From: an uncultured Defluviitaleaceae bacterium
Lineage (GTDB): Bacteria > Bacillota > Clostridia > Lachnospirales > WRBF01
DNA: 64,000 bases
Assembly (NCBI GenBank): GCA_964492715.1
Contig: CAZBLK010000004.1
Location: 16,286 to 80,285, forward strand
Direction: 5' to 3'
Part shown: piece after piece, positions 25,976 to 36,729 of the stretch
Layout of the letters: each line of letters opens with the position of its first letter
Numbering within the stretch: position 1 is the first letter of the stretch
The notes under the pieces: model-generated
Told to the model about the DNA's origin: nothing
What the model saw: the letters and a program-made list of their open reading frames with translations, nothing else
Databases searched by the model: none
Program-made: the position numbers and the translations under genes

Positions 25976-27762
25976 ACAAGCCCCAGCTTTTCAAGTGTTT
26001 CAGCTTTAGGGAACGCATTTTCCCAGCCTCGAGCTTCATAATATTCAGGTAAAGTTACTTCAAGCTTGCTTATCATTCCTTTTGAAGGCCCGTTTACAAT
26101 TGGCTCAAACATACGCTTTGGAAGCTTGTCGTCCTCTGGCTTCATTCCTGCTTCTTTGTTGAACAAACGCTCCACGTTATAAATGCGGTCGCCTGCTTCC
26201 ATCAATTTTTCAACGGAATATTCTTTTCCAGTTGCGTTTGATAAAAGAGCTGCATATTCAGGCGCACCAAGTGCAAACGAAGTGAACAAGCACATTCCGC
26301 AAGAGTCTATAACAGCCGTTAAATCTTGGAAAACTTTTGTCCATACAGCTTTGTTTTCTGTCAATGTACGGTCAAGCCCTTCTGGCATTCCCAGTATTTC
26401 TGGGCTAATCATGTAGCCACGCACATGGCAACCGCCACGGTTCGACGTTGCATAGTTTATGCCAATGCCTTGTATTCCACGTGCATCGTAAGCAGGAAGT
26501 TCTTGCTTTTTAACCGACATAGAAAATTCTGGGTGACCGTAGTGCTCACAAAGCCTGTATGAGCCTTGCGCCATTAGCTTGCCAAGTGCAGTTTCCCCTG
26601 CTCCCATGCGCTTTGTCCACTCAACAATTGCTTCACTGCTACCCCATTCAAGCGGAACACCTTCACATTCCTCTGGCTTAATTGCGCCAATTTGGTAAAG
26701 CTCCATAGCGGCGGCAATTGTACAAGGTGTTGAAATTGCGTCCAAGCCGTATTCGTTGCACCAATAGTTTGCTTCGTTTATTGCTGGCAAGTCGTTAATA
26801 CCGCAGTTGCTGCCGTAAGCCCACAGAACTTCGTATTCTGGGCCGCCAATGTTTTTGCCATTGCGGTTTATTACACGCCCACAACCAATTGGGCAGCGGT
26901 GACAAAAGCCTTGCTTTACAATGTGCTTTTCTGTTAAAGCTTCGCCGCTAATATCTTCCGCTTGTTCAAAGTAGCTTTCTTGCCAGTTTTTTGTAGGTAG
27001 CGAACCAACATTGTTAATTATGTTTACAAGAACAGCCGTACCATAAGTAGGAAGCCCTGTTCCTGTAACTCCATTTTCCTTAATTTTAGCTTGACATTCC
27101 GAGACGGCTGCCTTTAACCCCTCTGCGTTTGCAGGCTCTAAAGACGATTTTGAAGCTGTCACTGTAATTGCCTTTAAATTTTTGCTGCCCATAACAGCAC
27201 CAACGCCACTTCTGCCTGCTGCACGGTCATAGTCGTTCATAATTGCGGCTATTAAAGAAAGAGTTTCGCCGCCAATTCCTATGTTTAAAACCGATGCGTC
27301 CTTATGTAATTTTTGCAATTCCAAAACAGTTTCTTCAGTGTTTTTACCCCAAACGTTCTCTGCGCTTAAAAGCTCGACTTTTTCGTCCTCAATGTTTAAA
27401 TAAACTGGCTTTTCACTTTTCCCCTCAAAAATAAGCCCATCGTAACCAGCATATTTAAGCTTTGCGCCCCATTTGCCGCCAGAATTGGAGCACGCAATCA
27501 TGCCCGTAAGAGGTGACTTTGTAATTGCCATATACCTGCCGCCAGTTGGAACAGATGCACCAGTCAAAGGCCCTGTCATAAAAACAAGCTTGTTTTCAGG
27601 CGACAAAGGTTCTACCTTTGCAACACCTTCGTCTAAAAGCATTTTTGTCGCCAACCCACGCCCACCAATAAACTTGTTTGCTAAGTCTAGGTTTAACGCT
27701 TCTTCCCTAATTGTGCCGTCAGTAAGGTTAATTCTTAAAAGCTTTCCGTTGTACGTAGACAT
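25972..27762 (-). CDS. aor: Aldehyde:ferredoxin oxidoreductase (tungstopterin AOR family)
   Basis: About 596 aa. N-terminus YNGKLLRINLTDG, the cluster region CHRCPIGCG and RGGCH are typical of the AOR family. ATG 27762 sits behind AGGGGG and is preferred to the track start 27777. Confidence 0.88.
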   Translation of the reverse strand: MSTYNGKLLRINLTDGTIREEALNLDLANKFIGGRGLATKMLLDEGVAKVEPLSPENKLVFMTGPLTGASVPTGGRYMAITKSPLTGMIACSNSGGKWGAKLKYAGYDGLIFEGKSEKPVYLNIEDEKVELLSAENVWGKNTEETVLELQKLHKDASVLNIGIGGETLSLIAAIMNDYDRAAGRSGVGAVMGSKNLKAITVTASKSSLEPANAEGLKAAVSECQAKIKENGVTGTGLPTYGTAVLVNIINNVGSLPTKNWQESYFEQAEDISGEALTEKHIVKQGFCHRCPIGCGRVINRNGKNIGGPEYEVLWAYGSNCGINDLPAINEANYWCNEYGLDAISTPCTIAAAMELYQIGAIKPEECEGVPLEWGSSEAIVEWTKRMGAGETALGKLMAQGSYRLCEHYGHPEFSMSVKKQELPAYDARGIQGIGINYATSNRGGCHVRGYMISPEILGMPEGLDRTLTENKAVWTKVFQDLTAVIDSCGMCLFTSFALGAPEYAALLSNATGKEYSVEKLMEAGDRIYNVERLFNKEAGMKPEDDKLPKRMFEPIVNGPSKGMISKLEVTLPEYYEARGWENAFPKAETLEKLGLV

Positions 27763-27952
27763 AATTACCCCCTTCAATTTAAACTGGAACTGTATATAGC
27801 AATTTGAGTTTTTTTAGTCACCATCTTGTTGCAGATGCAAAATAGTGAACATGTTTTTCAAATTGCGATATTTATTAAAAGTTAATAATATTATAAGGTT
27901 AAAACTAATTTTTGGCAACATAATTAACAAATTTTAATATGTAATTTTACAT

Positions 27953-27990
27953 AAAAAAACTGTATCAAAATGTGTTTAATTTTGATACAG
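27953..27990 (-). terminator. Intrinsic terminator of rny
   Basis: On the minus strand: ctgtatcaaaat...attttgatacag hairpin followed by ttttttt. Confidence 0.8.
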
Positions 27991-28016
27991 CCCATCTTTA
28001 AGTTTATAGTTACGCC

Positions 28017-29588
28017 CTATTTAGCATAGTCAATGGCTCTAGTTTCCCTTATCAAATTAACTTTAATTTGACCGGGATATTCAAGCTCGTTTTCAATTTG
28101 TTTAACAACGCTTCTAGCCAAAACAGTAAGCTCGCTTTCGCCCACTTCCTCTGGAATAATAATAATGCGAAGCTCACGCCCTGCTTGAATAGCAAACGAC
28201 TTTTCAACGCCCTTAAAGCCATCAGCAATTGCTTCAAGCTTTTGCAGCCTTTTAATGTACGACTCAAGTGTTTCACGCCTAGCACCTGGGCGTGAAGCCG
28301 AAATAGCATCAGCAGTTTGAGTAATAATTGAAATTATATTAGTTGGCTCACAATCTCCGTGGTGTGATTCTACAGCGTTAATAATTATGTCAGACTCCTT
28401 GTACTTCTTGCAAAGAGCTGCCCCAATAGTAATGTGCGAGCCTTCAACGTCGTGGTCTACAGACTTTCCAATGTCATGCAAAAGCCCTGCACGCTTTGCA
28501 AGAGTAACGTCTGCACCAAGCTCGGCGGCAATAAGCCCACAAAGGTGTGAAACTTCAATTGAATGTTTAAGCACGTTTTGTCCATAGCTTGTCCTAAACT
28601 TCATTTTACCGAGTAACCTAATTAAGTCTGGGTGTATGCCATGAACACCTGCTTCAAAGGTAGCAGCTTCACCTTCTTCACGAATGGAAACTTCAACTTC
28701 CTTCCGTGCTTTTTCAACCATTTCTTCAATGCGAGCTGGGTGTACACGTCCGTCAACAATCAGCTTTTCAAGTGCAATACGTGCAATTTCACGGCGCATT
28801 GTGTCAAAGCCAGAAAGTATAACTGCTTCTGGCGTATCATCAATTATGAAATCAATACCTGTAAGCGACTCAAGCGTTCTAATGTTTCTGCCTTCACGAC
28901 CAATAATTCTACCTTTCATTTCGTCGTTCGGAAGCGAAACAACAGAAACTGTAGTTTCTGCCACATGGTCAACTGCACAGCGTTGAATTGCATTTGCAAG
29001 TATTTCCTTGCCACGCTTTTCACATTCTTGTTTAGCTTTAGCTTCGTAATCTTTGATAATTCTAGCTGTTTCAACCTTTATTTCACTTTCAACAGAAGCA
29101 AGCAAAAATTCCTTCGCCTGTTCTCTGGTTAAGCCAGAAATGCGCTCAAGTTCCTCTGTGTGCTTTTCGATAATTTGGTCAACTTCACGACTTTTTGCCT
29201 CAAGCGACTCAAGTTTTGTATGAAGCTGCTCCTCTTTCTTTTCAATAGCCTCAGCCTTTTTGTCAAGGCTTTCTTCCTTTTGTAAAAGCCTGCGTTCCTG
29301 CCGCTGAACTTCAATTCGGCGTTCCTTGGCTTCCTTTTCAACTTCATTTTTTGTTTTGATGCTTTCTTCCTTAGCCTCTAACAGAATCTCTTTTTTAGTA
29401 GCTTCTGCCTGCCGCTTTGCTTCCTCTACAATAAAAGAAGCCTCTTTTTCGGCCGACCCAAGCTTTGACTCTGCAACCTTTTTTCTATATATAATCCCTG
29501 CGAAAAATCCAGCAATTCCGAAGCAAAGAGAAATAGCAGTAACAATAATTATTGTAAGTATTTGCGGATTCATACTTTGCGGATTCAT
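28017..29588 (-). CDS. rny: Ribonuclease Y
   Basis: N-terminal TM helix, long coiled coil, KH domain ([12 protein letters not shown]) and HD domain (LLHDIGK...HH). The track start GTG 29603 overlaps the GGAGG RBS, so the first ATG (29588) is preferred. Confidence 0.93.
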   Translation of the reverse strand: MNPQSMNPQILTIIIVTAISLCFGIAGFFAGIIYRKKVAESKLGSAEKEASFIVEEAKRQAEATKKEILLEAKEESIKTKNEVEKEAKERRIEVQRQERRLLQKEESLDKKAEAIEKKEEQLHTKLESLEAKSREVDQIIEKHTEELERISGLTREQAKEFLLASVESEIKVETARIIKDYEAKAKQECEKRGKEILANAIQRCAVDHVAETTVSVVSLPNDEMKGRIIGREGRNIRTLESLTGIDFIIDDTPEAVILSGFDTMRREIARIALEKLIVDGRVHPARIEEMVEKARKEVEVSIREEGEAATFEAGVHGIHPDLIRLLGKMKFRTSYGQNVLKHSIEVSHLCGLIAAELGADVTLAKRAGLLHDIGKSVDHDVEGSHITIGAALCKKYKESDIIINAVESHHGDCEPTNIISIITQTADAISASRPGARRETLESYIKRLQKLEAIADGFKGVEKSFAIQAGRELRIIIIPEEVGESELTVLARSVVKQIENELEYPGQIKVNLIRETRAIDYAK

Positions 29589-29590
29589 AC
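29561..29590. repeat. Perfect 15-bp tandem duplication at the 5' end of rny
   Basis: tttgcggattcatac occurs twice in tandem (29561-29575 and 29576-29590). This duplicates the start codon and the first residues (MNPQS-MNPQ). Confidence 0.95.
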
Positions 29591-29957
29591 TTTTCGTATG
29601 CACCTCCCCACATGTTAATTAATGTAAGTTCAATAAACATTGTAAACAACTGTTTATTGAACCGTAAGTGTATTTGCATAAATTAAAGGAATACCACCTG
29701 AAATATATGCTTGTAACGTGAATTTTCTACACGGTGAAACCGCTGAACTCACGTTAAACTATAGCAATTTCGTTTTAAACAATGCTTAAAAACATAAGTT
29801 GCCATAAGGCGACAAAAACCGCCGCATTTTCACTTTATAATTGTGTAAATTGAAATAAGTGGAAATGCTTTTGAATATATTCGGCCCAAACGTTTGTACA
29901 AAAAAATTTCTTTTCACAATTGAACCGTATAAAGATAAATGCAAAATTACTTGTTAT

Positions 29958-29986
29958 ATTTTATAGTGTTTTACTACTTATGTCAA
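29958..29986 (-). promoter_or_regulatory. SigmaA-type promoter upstream of rny
   Basis: On the minus strand: TTGACA (29986-29981), a 17-nt spacer and TAAAAT (29963-29958). This implies a 5' UTR of about 350 nt. Confidence 0.55.
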
Positions 29987-30041
29987 GCACATGTAAAAGA
30001 CATTGGCATTTTTTGTTCAAATTGACGGTTTAACAAAGCAA

Positions 30042-31598
30042 TTATTTATATAAACAAACTTTGTTTCTTCCTGTCATTTTTGCTTCATATAGGGCAGCAT
30101 CTGCGTCTGAAATTATCTCCTCAATCTGTTCGTAATATTTAAAGTCAAACTCTGCTATTCCAATGCTTACAGTTAACTTCATTTCAACTCCGTTGTAAGA
30201 AAAAACATTTTCTTCTACAGCTTCACGTATATCCTCTGCCAGAGTTCTTGCGCCAACTATGTCTGTGTTTATTGTCAAAATGCAAAATTCTTCGCCACCA
30301 TAACGTGCAAAAATGTCAGCAATTCGTACACGCTTGTTGCATACGTTTACAAATTCTTTTAGCACATAGTCACCAAATAAATGTCCACCTTTGTCGTTAA
30401 CATTTTTAAAATAGTCAAGGTCAAGTATTAGCAAGCACAAGGGTACATTAGTGCGCTTGGCAGAAGCAATTGCCTTTGTAGCAAGCAAAAAGAACTGCCG
30501 CCTGTTGTAAACACCTGTAAGTGCGTCTGTAGTAGCCAGCTTTTGTAACGAATCCATAAGCTTTGTAACTTCTGTTACGTCATAAATCATTATACTTTTA
30601 CCAATTTTTTTGCCGTGGTAAAAAATGTCGGATATAGAAGAACGGTAAAACTTTGTTTCGCCCTCTGCTTCAAGTGAAAAACGACTGTCTGTTCCGTCCC
30701 CCATTATTTCATTAAAAGGAAACCCTGCTAGTGCATATAAGTCCTCACCATAGTCTGTGTTTTCTAGCACTTTAAAAATCTGCTTTGCCGACTGGTTGCA
30801 CTCGGAAAGTCTTCCTTCCTCATCTACAATAATTAAAGCATCTCGCATACTTTCCATTACATTTTCTTTTCCCAAAGGAACAAGTGTATAAATGCCTAAA
30901 TTATAAATCATATAAACAAAAATTAAAGAGCTAATGGACAGCGCAATTGGTATTAAGTTTACTCCATAAAAAGACAATTTTAAAGCGTTCAATACACTTC
31001 CAATAAAAGGCAATGTAACAGTTATTGCAATACAAACCGCTTGTCTTTTTTGAATTTCACTGCTTTTTTTAATTTGTTTAATTAGTAAAAAAATGGTGGC
31101 TATATAAATAATAGAGGTATAAGCAATAAAAATATAATAAAACCAGCCAAATTCAAATTTAATGCCACTTCTAAATTCCGTTTTTAAATAACTAATTGAT
31201 TTATAAAATATATTTGTAAAGTCAAAAAATTCTGATGAAATAAATGTAATAAAAGGAATAAGGATAATTAAGCCCTTAACTGATTTTGATTTAACTTCAT
31301 ACTTGCAAAATGATGCAACAAAAAGAAAAAACAATGTAGCAATAAATGGTGTACCAAAATGTTGCAAGCGCAAAGCTATTAAAGCCGTTTCAAAACCGTT
31401 TGAAACAACTTCAACTGCGTACCCAGCAGTGTAAATAGAAATTGAAAGTGAAAGTAAAATGAAATAAAGCGACTGTAACGATTTTTTGTGAACAATAGAA
31501 TTTATAGTAACAAAAACCGAGGCAAACGCAGAAAAAACCGAAAATATTAAAACTAAAATCTTAACCACGCAAACCCTCCACTCAAAAAACTTTATCAT
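30042..31598 (-). CDS. Membrane-bound diguanylate cyclase (multi-TM N-terminal sensor, PAS-like linker, GGDEF domain)
   Basis: About 7 predicted TM helices, then a GGEEF active site with the RxxD I-site (RIAD) five residues upstream. The likely start is GTG 31568 behind GGAGGG. Confidence 0.85.
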   Translation of the reverse strand: MIKFFEWRVCVVKILVLIFSVFSAFASVFVTINSIVHKKSLQSLYFILLSLSISIYTAGYAVEVVSNGFETALIALRLQHFGTPFIATLFFLFVASFCKYEVKSKSVKGLIILIPFITFISSEFFDFTNIFYKSISYLKTEFRSGIKFEFGWFYYIFIAYTSIIYIATIFLLIKQIKKSSEIQKRQAVCIAITVTLPFIGSVLNALKLSFYGVNLIPIALSISSLIFVYMIYNLGIYTLVPLGKENVMESMRDALIIVDEEGRLSECNQSAKQIFKVLENTDYGEDLYALAGFPFNEIMGDGTDSRFSLEAEGETKFYRSSISDIFYHGKKIGKSIMIYDVTEVTKLMDSLQKLATTDALTGVYNRRQFFLLATKAIASAKRTNVPLCLLILDLDYFKNVNDKGGHLFGDYVLKEFVNVCNKRVRIADIFARYGGEEFCILTINTDIVGARTLAEDIREAVEENVFSYNGVEMKLTVSIGIAEFDFKYYEQIEEIISDADAALYEAKMTGRNKVCLYK

Positions 31599-31726
31599 TG
31601 GATAGAACCAAACTTTTTACAAATTTAGGTTATAATCTTATTATACTCTGTTGTACTTACATTTTCAAGTTTAAATTAAAAAGCATACTCTTTAGTACCA
31701 ACCTAAAAAGTATGCCTAATATTGTT

Positions 31727-33019
31727 TTATCCTGCCGAAACAGTTTTTGCCCTACGCCTTTTGGCACGGCGTGCAATTGGTTGCCTGTTTTCATTATAAA
31801 TAATTTGTGGCTTTGTTTTTTTGAAAACTGTGTCCTTGTTTATTACAACCTTCTCAATTGTTTCATCAGAAGGAATGTCGTACATAATTTCAGTCATAAA
31901 GTTTTCAACAATAGCTCTAAGCCCTCTTGCGCCTGTTTCACGCTCGATAGCTAAAGCGGCAATTGCACGAATAGCCTCGTCGTCAAACTCAAGAAGAACG
32001 TTGTCAAGCTCGAACAAATATTTATACTGCTTTGTCAAAGCGTTTTTTGGCTGTGTTAAAATTGCCGCAAGCGCTTCTTCATCAAGCCCCGAAAGAGTAA
32101 TTAAAACGGGAAGCCTTCCAATTAATTCTGGAATAATGCCGTACTTCAACAAGTCTTGCGGAGTTAAATCCTTCAATACGTTGTCGGCAAGGCGTTCCTT
32201 TTTATTTTTGTTGTCAGCACCAAAGCCGATAACCTTTTTGTTCAAGCGGCTTTCAACAATTTTTTCAATTCCGCCGAATGCACCGCCACAAATAAACAAA
32301 ATGTTTGTAGTGTCAATTTGGATAAAGTCTTGGTGTGGGTGCTTTCTTCCGCCTTGCGGTGGAACAGAAGCAACTGTTCCTTCAAGAATTTTCAAAAGCG
32401 CCTGTTGAACACCTTCACCGCTTACGTCCCTTGTAATTGAAGGGTTGTCAGACTTCCTTGCAATTTTGTCAACTTCGTCAATATAAATAATTCCTCTTTC
32501 AGCCCATTCAATGTCGTAGTCTGCCGCTTGAATAAGCTTTAAAAGAATGTTTTCTACGTCTTCACCCACATAGCCTGCTTCTGTAAGGCTTGTTGCGTCT
32601 GCAATTGCAAACGGAACGTTTAACATTTTTGCAAGTGTTTGCGCCAAAAATGTTTTACCAACGCCTGTCGGACCAACTACCAAAATGTTGCTTTTTACAA
32701 GCTCAACATCGTCTGGCGAGTCCATCATAACACGCTTGTAGTGGTTGTACACGGCAACAGCTAAGCCTCGTTTAGCTTCGTCCTGACCAATTACATATTG
32801 GTCAAGAAACTCTTTAATTTCCTTTGGCTTAGGAACTTTAAATTCTCCGTCGTTGCCCTTTTTTTCAATTCCTTCTTCTTCCAGTAAGTCATAGCACAAG
32901 TCTACACATTCGTTACAAATATAAATATTTGGCCCTGCGATAAGCTTGCCTACATGCTCCTGTGCCTTGCCGCAAAACGAACAGCGCAGCATTCTTTTTT
33001 CGTCTGCCTTTGACGCCAT
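31727..33019 (-). CDS. clpX: ATP-dependent Clp protease ATP-binding subunit ClpX
   Basis: N-terminal zinc finger CSFCGK...CNEC, Walker A GPTGVGKT and the ClpX-typical sequence throughout. Confidence 0.97.
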   Translation of the reverse strand: MASKADEKRMLRCSFCGKAQEHVGKLIAGPNIYICNECVDLCYDLLEEEGIEKKGNDGEFKVPKPKEIKEFLDQYVIGQDEAKRGLAVAVYNHYKRVMMDSPDDVELVKSNILVVGPTGVGKTFLAQTLAKMLNVPFAIADATSLTEAGYVGEDVENILLKLIQAADYDIEWAERGIIYIDEVDKIARKSDNPSITRDVSGEGVQQALLKILEGTVASVPPQGGRKHPHQDFIQIDTTNILFICGGAFGGIEKIVESRLNKKVIGFGADNKNKKERLADNVLKDLTPQDLLKYGIIPELIGRLPVLITLSGLDEEALAAILTQPKNALTKQYKYLFELDNVLLEFDDEAIRAIAALAIERETGARGLRAIVENFMTEIMYDIPSDETIEKVVINKDTVFKKTKPQIIYNENRQPIARRAKRRRAKTVSAG

Positions 33020-33043
33020 TTTTCACCCTCCATCTGCAAAGCA

Positions 33044-33628
33044 CTATTTCTTTCTAGTAATAACAGCATCAATTAAGCCATAAGCTTTTGCTTCTTCCGC
33101 CGTCATAAAGTTGTCTCTATCTGTGTCTTTTGTAATAACATCAATAGGTTGACCAGTCATTTCTGAAAGCATAGTGTTCATTTTTTGTTTAGTTTTAAGA
33201 AGGTGCTCCACATGAATTTGAACGTCAGATGCTTGCCCCCTTGCACCGCCCAAAGGCTGATGAATCATAACTTCGGCGTTTGGAAGTGCGTAGCGCTTGC
33301 CCTTTGTGCCGCCTGCAAGCAAGAAAGCACCCATGCTTGCCGCCATACCAATACAAATTGTAGAAACGTCTGCCTTAATGTGGTTCATTGTGTCGTATAT
33401 TGCAAGCCCTGCCGTAATAGAGCCGCCTGGGCTGTTTATATAAAGGCTAATGTCCTTGTCTGGGTCTTCAGCGTCCAAAAACAAAAGCTGTGCAACGATA
33501 ACACTTGCCGAAATGTCTGTTACTTCTTCATGTAAGAAAATAATTCTGTCCTTTAAAAGCCTTGAATAAATGTCGTAGGAACGCTCGCCCCTATTTGTTT
33601 GTTCAATTACATATGGAATTAAGCTCAT
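33044..33628 (-). CDS. clpP: ATP-dependent Clp protease proteolytic subunit ClpP
   Basis: 194 aa with [15 protein letters not shown] and the catalytic-region GMAASMGA motif. Confidence 0.97.
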   Translation of the reverse strand: MSLIPYVIEQTNRGERSYDIYSRLLKDRIIFLHEEVTDISASVIVAQLLFLDAEDPDKDISLYINSPGGSITAGLAIYDTMNHIKADVSTICIGMAASMGAFLLAGGTKGKRYALPNAEVMIHQPLGGARGQASDVQIHVEHLLKTKQKMNTMLSEMTGQPIDVITKDTDRDNFMTAEEAKAYGLIDAVITRKK

Positions 33629-33721
33629 TTACTAACCTCCTTAAAAAAACTACTCGTAGTGTAATAGCGGTTTGTCTGTAGTTTAAAGCAAGAGTTGAAT
33701 AAAAACATTAAAAAGCGAAGA

Positions 33722-33800
33722 CTTTAGGGGATTTTCCCCTAAAACCCCACAAGGGGTTTACCCCTTGACTCCAGCTTAAAAAGATTTTCGCTCAAGTTTT
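33722..33800. repeat. GC-rich nested-hairpin repeat, copy C
   Basis: tttaggggattttcccctaaaaccccacaaggggtttaccccttgactcc. Its reverse complement aligns with 22261-22300 (gtcaagggg-N4-ccccttg-yggggttt). Confidence 0.8.
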
Positions 33801-33852
33801 TAACTTTAAATATGCTAAACGTGCAAACCGCTTGCAACTAAATAATTTATTT

Positions 33853-35139
33853 TTATTCGTGAATTGCAACAGCATTGTCACGAACAAGTGCAAAAGCCTT
33901 TTTAATTTTTATGTCATTTTTAATTGCCTTTAAGTCTTTTTCGCCCAAAACGTTTCCAAGAACTTCTCTTTCCATCTTGTACGCTTCTGCAATTGTTTGA
34001 AGCTCTTTTTCAAGTTCTTCTTCTGAAGCTTCAAGGTTTTCTGCTTTAGCAACAGCTTCAAGCGCAAGGCGCCCCTTGATGTTTTGCTCTGCAACAGTTT
34101 TTTGTGACTGTGCAAGAACTTCCTTTGTTATGCCAGTAAATTGTGTGTAAACATCAACAGTAAGCCCTCTTGCTTCTAACGTACGCTCAAAATCTTTCAT
34201 CAAGTTTTTAGCTTCGTTATCAAACATAACTTCAGGAATTTCGCCTTCCATCTTTTCGATAAGTCCGTCCATAATTTTGCGCTCATTAGCGTTGTCAACA
34301 TGTTCTTCTTTTTGCTTTTGCATTGATTCCTTTAGATTTTTTTTGTATTCCTCTAAAGTTTCAAATTCAGAAACATCTTGTGCAAAGTCGTCGTTAAGCT
34401 CTGGCAATTCTTTTGAGTTTATGCCGTTAATTGTAACTTTAAATAAAGCAGCTTTTCCAGCAAGCTCTGTTGCACGGTAGTCTTGTGGAAAAGTAACGTT
34501 TACTTCAACTTCGTCACCAATGTTTTTGCCAACAAGCTGTTCTTCAAAATTATCTATAAAAGTGTGCGAGCCAATTTCAAGCTCGTAGTTGTTGCCTGCG
34601 CCTCCTGGGAAAGGCACACCGTCAACCATGCCAACAAAGTCGATAGAAACAACATCTTTTTCTTGAACAGCTCTGTCAGTAATTGTGTTTACTCTTGCAT
34701 TTTTGTTTCTTTCTTTGTTTATAACGTCGTTAAGCTCTGCTTCTGTAACTTCCTTATCTTCTGCCTTGTATGTAATGCCTTTGTAGTTACTAATTGTCAT
34801 AACAGGTTTTGTGTAAACTTCAGCAGTAAACTTGACGCCTGTTTCTTCTGAAATTTCCAAAACATCAATTTCTGGACGTGAAACAATGTCAAGCCCCGAC
34901 TCCTCAAGAGCTTCTGCGTAAGCAATGTTTAAAACATAATCTATTGCATCGTTATAGAAAATATCTTTACCATAAGCAATTTCAAGCATTTTGCGTGGTG
35001 CTTTGCCTTTTCTAAAGCCGTCAAGCTTTAGCTTGCCCCTGTTCTTTTCATACGAATGCTTTATGCCTTCTGCAAACTGCTCGGCGCTTGCCTCAAAGCT
35101 AATTTTAACTTTGTTCTTCTCTAATTGTTCTACGTTCAT
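33853..35139 (-). CDS. tig: Trigger factor
   Basis: 428 aa with FRKGKAP motif, a central PPIase-like domain, and the conserved position upstream of clpP-clpX. Confidence 0.93.
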   Translation of the reverse strand: MNVEQLEKNKVKISFEASAEQFAEGIKHSYEKNRGKLKLDGFRKGKAPRKMLEIAYGKDIFYNDAIDYVLNIAYAEALEESGLDIVSRPEIDVLEISEETGVKFTAEVYTKPVMTISNYKGITYKAEDKEVTEAELNDVINKERNKNARVNTITDRAVQEKDVVSIDFVGMVDGVPFPGGAGNNYELEIGSHTFIDNFEEQLVGKNIGDEVEVNVTFPQDYRATELAGKAALFKVTINGINSKELPELNDDFAQDVSEFETLEEYKKNLKESMQKQKEEHVDNANERKIMDGLIEKMEGEIPEVMFDNEAKNLMKDFERTLEARGLTVDVYTQFTGITKEVLAQSQKTVAEQNIKGRLALEAVAKAENLEASEEELEKELQTIAEAYKMEREVLGNVLGEKDLKAIKNDIKIKKAFALVRDNAVAIHE

Positions 35140-35595
35140 AATATCCTCCTCTGTATAAGCAGTCTGCTAAACTGCTGTGAATCAAAACGGCTTTGTATAA
35201 CTTCGTAAGGGAGGAAACTTTAAAAAGTGCTTTCTTTTTAAAATTTCTGTAGTTCAAAACTAATTAATGTTTTTAAATTCACGCCTAACTCAGTATAAAT
35301 TCAAAACACGTCTTAAATACAATTTTATGCGGCTTGTTTTTATGCGGCAATATCAATTCCGTTTTAAGCGACGTTATATATAAGTAAAAGCATTAAACGC
35401 AAGGCGTTTAGCTTCACTTTGGCAGTATCGTTAAAATTGGAATTTCTTAATAAAATAAAAGTGCAAAAAGCCACTTGCGCTCCAGACCAAAACGTAAATT
35501 AGGAACACTTTAGCATACTAAAAAATTATAACATATAATTTTTATAAAAGCTATAATTTTCATTAACAATATTAGACATTTCTCTTACAAAATAA

Positions 35596-35877
35596 TTACA
35601 AAACTTCTGTAAAAACATCATCAACAACTGCGTCTGTGTTTCGCTCAATAAAGCTTAAAACGTTTTGCAGCATAGAAGTTGCGTGTTCCTTGCTGCTTGA
35701 AACGCACGCAAGCCCCAAAACAATGCTTCTATGAATATCCTGCTTGTCAACTTCCGCAATTGATACATTAAATCTATGCCTAGTTTTTTCAATTATGCTT
35801 TTAACAACCATTCTTTTTTCCTTAAGAGAATATACCCATTCTGCACTCATATATACGTTTGCTGTAGCAATAAACAT
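35596..35877 (-). CDS. DUF503 (YlxP-like) family protein
   Basis: 93 aa. SLKEKRMVVKSIIEK...FNVSIAEVD...D matches the pattern typical of DUF503. Confidence 0.6.
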   Translation of the reverse strand: MFIATANVYMSAEWVYSLKEKRMVVKSIIEKTRHRFNVSIAEVDKQDIHRSIVLGLACVSSSKEHATSMLQNVLSFIERNTDAVVDDVFTEVL

Positions 35878-35900
35878 TGTTTTTTCACCTGCTTTTTCGA

Positions 35901-36067
35901 CTAGGGTCTGCTTTAAAAATAGCTTTTAGTGCATTTTCGAGAAAATTTTTTGAAGTGCGAGGAAGCGAAAACCGCACGTACCCAAAGGTACGTAAGGTTT
36001 TTGCTGACGAAGTAATTCGGAAAATTTACCGAAAAGGCGCAAAATTGATTTTTAAAACAGCCCCTAA
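35901..36067. repeat. MITE-like long imperfect palindromic element, copy D
   Basis: About 167 bp with termini ctagggtctg / cagcccctaa and internal arms that pair (gcgaaaaccgcacgtacc vs ggtacgtaaggtttttgc). It is related to the element at 39665-39829. Confidence 0.65.
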
Positions 36068-36119
36068 AATAATTAATTTGTGATGGGGTGTTTAAAAAAC
36101 CAACTAAAAACTTTTACTT

Positions 36120-36653
36120 CTAATATTTTTGGTTTATATACCCATCAATAAGCGACTGTCTAGTTTCATTTAAGAAAACGCCCTCGTCCTTTAAACAGTT
36201 TAAAATCATTTTGTTTGCCGAGTGCAAAATCATTCCGTATTCCTCAATTACAATTTCAAACAAAATTCCTTTCAAATATTTTGAGCGAACTTTAATGAAA
36301 TATGCTGTTACACCACGGAAGTCTAAAAGCCGCAAAACTGAAAGCGTAGCCTTGTCCTTTTTGGTGTAAAAAAAGTTTACCTCGCCAAGCATTTCGTCTG
36401 CAAGAAGCCTATCGCCCATTGCTTCTGCCTGCACCTTTGCGTTTTTTGCCATTGCGTTGTAATACTGATAATTAAAAAGCCCTTTCTCGACCGTATCAAT
36501 GTTTTTAAACGGCTTAATGTTAAGCGACAACACAGCCTCAAAGTTTCGTTCCAAATATTCCGCCTTCGACATATCTCCTTTTACATATTGGTCAATAAGT
36601 GACTGCCTGTGCCGAAAATATTTTTGTATTATGTTCAAAATAAGCACTCCCAT
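36120..36653 (-). CDS. Hypothetical protein (177 aa)
   Basis: Clean ORF divergent from the neighbouring gene. No motif recognised. Confidence 0.5.
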   Translation of the reverse strand: MGVLILNIIQKYFRHRQSLIDQYVKGDMSKAEYLERNFEAVLSLNIKPFKNIDTVEKGLFNYQYYNAMAKNAKVQAEAMGDRLLADEMLGEVNFFYTKKDKATLSVLRLLDFRGVTAYFIKVRSKYLKGILFEIVIEEYGMILHSANKMILNCLKDEGVFLNETRQSLIDGYINQKY

Positions 36654-36729
36654 TAATTACATTTTGCTTTAATTTCTGCTTGTGTTAAACTACTTACAGC
36701 AAATTATAAACACAGCAGAGGAGAATTTT

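Noticed and set aside
29561-29590. Short direct repeats near rny considered as a possible mini CRISPR or other array.
   Set aside because: There are only two abutting 15-bp units with no spacers. This is a simple tandem duplication inside a coding start region. No CRISPR-like array exists anywhere in the window.
31598-31954. 118-aa plus-strand ORF between the DGC gene and clpX.
   Set aside because: It overlaps the 3' end of clpX in antisense, has no RBS, and has an implausible hydrophobic, Cys-rich composition.
35877-36083. 68-aa ORF (MFFHLLFRLGSALK...).
   Set aside because: It lies entirely within the palindromic MITE-like element D. The mirrored sequence creates an accidental open frame.
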